Shown here piece by piece: positions 61,115 to 64,000 of a stretch of 64,000 nucleotides of DNA. Position numbers and translations under genes: made by a program. The notes under the pieces are model-generated. The model saw only the letters and a list, made by a program, of their open reading frames with translations, did no database searches and had not been told where the DNA came from. Positions within the stretch are counted from its first letter, which is position 1; every line of letters starts with the position of its first letter. The stretch comes from Octopus bimaculoides (lineage: Eukaryota). Location: assembly GCF_001194135.2 (NCBI RefSeq), contig NC_068990.1:70371185-70435184 (forward strand), written 5' to 3'.

Positions 61115-64000
61115 ATCATCATCATCATCATAATTTAACATCTGTTTTCTGTGCTGGTATGGGCTGGACAGTTTGACACAAGTTGATAAGGCTGGTGGGG
61201 GTGGGGTCACACTAAGCCCCATTGTCTGTTCTTGCAGGGTTTCTCTGGCTGGATGCTCTTCTTAACGCTGACCACTTTACAGAGTGTACTGGATGCGTTT
61301 TATGTGGCACCATCAGCTGTGCTCTTTTCATGGCACCATCACCCTCTTTGCCTGGAACCAGCCTGTGTGTGTGTGTACACACACACATATGCATACATAC
61401 ACTCTCATTTTGTCAATATTGTTATATTTCAGTACATTATGTTTGACTGCTTCATCAAATTGCCTTTAGCATTAATACTAAATTGCATTTAGTATTAATT
61501 TGTTGGTTTCAGTATCTTCACTGTAATTCTGGATATCAGTTTCTGATATTCATCTGCTGCTACTATCAATAAATTTACTGCTGCTCTTTTGCTGTACCTC
61601 ATCTGCCTCCACTTAATTCTCTGTTGTACCTCTATGTAGTAGCACCAGCAAGTTCATATTACCAATAGGTTTAGTGTCTTGTAATATCTCACAGCCAGTG
61701 TTTGTTCTCAGACTGCCATTGCTACTACTTTGTTGCTTCTCAAACTTCTGTTCTTCTCATCCATGTTACAGTTTCTGTTTTGTCATTAAGTTATCTAATA
61801 TTGGTTTCAAATTTTGGTTCAAGGCCAACAATTTCAAGGGAGGGGTAAGTCAACTACATTGACTCCAGTGTTCAACTGGTGCTCATTTTATCAACCCCAA
61901 AAGGATGAAAGACAAAATCAACCCTGGCAGCATTTGAACTAAGAATGTAAATTCGAAAGAAATGCTGCTAAGTATTTTTTCTGGTATCTTATTAAGTTGT
62001 CTAATATTATGAATATATTCTTCTTCCTAAGAAGCTTATATGCTAAGTTTCAAATATTATTTTCAATTCTTAGCTCTGTTAGTCTGCAATTATTGTTGAG
62101 TGTATTTATATAGTTAGATGCATTGTTGGGTGTGTTTATGATCCTGGATAAGTAGAGCTGATTGAATTATTTATACCTTCATTAAGTTTAACTTCAGATA
62201 GATTGATGCCATTCGGTAATTTCTTAACATTGTTATAGTGCTTGCCATGGGGATCTTAATCAACAACATCTGACAGAGTCAGATGTCATTCTTTATTTAC
62301 ATTTTATTCAAAATCTGTTTTAGGCTGCTGAATTTTATGCTTTGTTTGTAAATTTTTCGTTTTCTCATTAATTCATTCTTTGTCAGTCTTGGTCTAATTG
62401 ATAATGTTAATACATATAACAGCAATGACATGACCAGGATATTTGGCAAAATTAAGTTCTGTCCAGAAAGCCATACTTATACATCAATTTCATTATTTCT
62501 TTACTTTGTCTTTTATTTATTTGTCATGACTCTATGTGCTGTATCATACAGACTTCTGTTCTTTCTTCTACATCTACTTCACTACTATTCACCTCCAGAT
62601 GAATCCCAAATAGATCCTACCTCTCTATTTCGCTATTCTTGTCCCATCCAAATCGTCTATTCAAGTCCTTACTTCATTCAATAGATTTTACTTCTTTAGT
62701 ATTATCATTTTGTATCCTTCAGTAATAGATTTGCTTTGTATCCTTCAGTAATAGATTTGCTCGTACCAGTTTTAAGTAAACAAAAGTTTGATAGAATCAT
62801 CTTGTAATATGCCAACTTTCTCATTGACATTAGTCACTAAAATACTAGTATCAGAGTAGATTAATTTATGGTTTTCAATTTGCCATTTGTATTTTTTCAT
62901 TTTTTGTCATTGGCATCACTATTACAGTTCTATTATCTACAGAAGCCAATCAGAAACTTTATGGAATGTTTTGAAGTGTGGTCAGTCTCTGCTATGGACA
63001 AGTCTTTTCTGTATTTTGTTGAATGTTCTCTAATTATTTTACTAAACAAAAGTTGGTCCTTACATCCATCTGAACCTTGATTTTTTTAATAATATTAGTA
63101 ATTCAGACATTTATTAGCCCTTTTGATAATACAAATAAATATGTAAAGGATTTGTATGAAGAAGGTAATTATGATACATCTTGGACAGCATGGTTAGTAG
63201 AGCACTGGACAATGTGTCTTGGATGACACTGTTGATATCATGTCCCTTTACATTCTGTACTCAAATATTACACGCTTTGATTTTGCTTTTCATCCTTCTG
63301 GGTTGGTCAGTACAATAAGCACTGGTCATATCCATTGACAAAATGTGTGGCCTGTAAAAAATTATCGTTGTTGTTGGCGGCAGCGGTGGCAAAGAAGTTC
63401 TCTCAAATACTACAGTGCTGGACTAAATTATTTTGTATTTTAGTTTTGTCCTTCTAGATCCTGAACTCCTATCAAACCTGATTCATTTGTGACTTTGCTT
63501 CATCCTGGTTTGATGAAATTACTTTCAACGCTGTTGGATAATGCAAATTAATTTCTACAAAGATTGATGTTTGTAATGTTACTAGAGTTCTTACAGTCAC
63601 CAATATACTTTTGCTAGATTTCATGCAGAAGACACTATCATCATTTTTTGCTAGATTTCACACATTTATAGCAAGCCAGATGATTTATGGTATCTGATGA
63701 GAAACATAGCTGCTCACATTTCAATTTGCACTGAAGTTGTTGTCATTTGTTTACTTATTTATTTATTTATTTTAATATCTTTTGGAGCAGTCAGAGTTTG
63801 CCTTTCACTTCTCAATTTATGCAAGGTTTAGTAAGATAAATGGCAGTAACATACTCATGTCAATCCAATCAGCTGTGTCCCTTACTACTCCTTTATATAA
63901 TTGGCCTTGTGCTAAATCATCATCATCATCATTATCACCACTGACACTCCACCCAACCAACCAACCACCCCCATCACCACCACCACCACCACCACCACCA

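Noticed and set aside
62709-62760. Perfect 26-bp tandem duplication (and an 18-bp one at 57091-57131)
   Set aside because: Ordinary slippage or repair duplications with no associated structure.
63694-63705. CTGATGA followed by GAAAC as a hammerhead
   Set aside because: No stem II between the two boxes and no stem I/III pairing; a chance match.

Overview
AT-rich, microsatellite- and transposon-dense animal DNA with four N gaps. The repeat families and composition suggest an octopus or other coleoid cephalopod genome (inference from repeat content, not verified). The only host gene I can support is two small + strand exons of UBA6 (ubiquitin-activating E1): 43520-43614 (95 nt) and 48802-48830 (29 nt). 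They splice in frame to [42 protein letters not shown] and are absent from the ORF track. I found no flanking exons, so most of the window is probably intron. The rest is a layered record of mobile DNA: two Helitrons, two mariners, a decayed Mag-like Ty3/Gypsy, a small internally deleted LTR element, RTE, R4/Dong-like and Tx1/L1-like LINEs, Penelope-like remnants (one fold-back copy, one solo repeat carrying a minimal hammerhead-ribozyme motif), TTAA- and TA-type MITEs, several tRNA-headed SINE families and old minisatellites. I see no clear new multi-gene system. The most interesting leads are the variant-core hammerhead, the fold-back Penelope-like copy, the compact LTR element and a TIR element carrying a higher-order minisatellite. 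All family assignments come from motif recognition, not database searches, and boundaries of decayed repeats are approximate.
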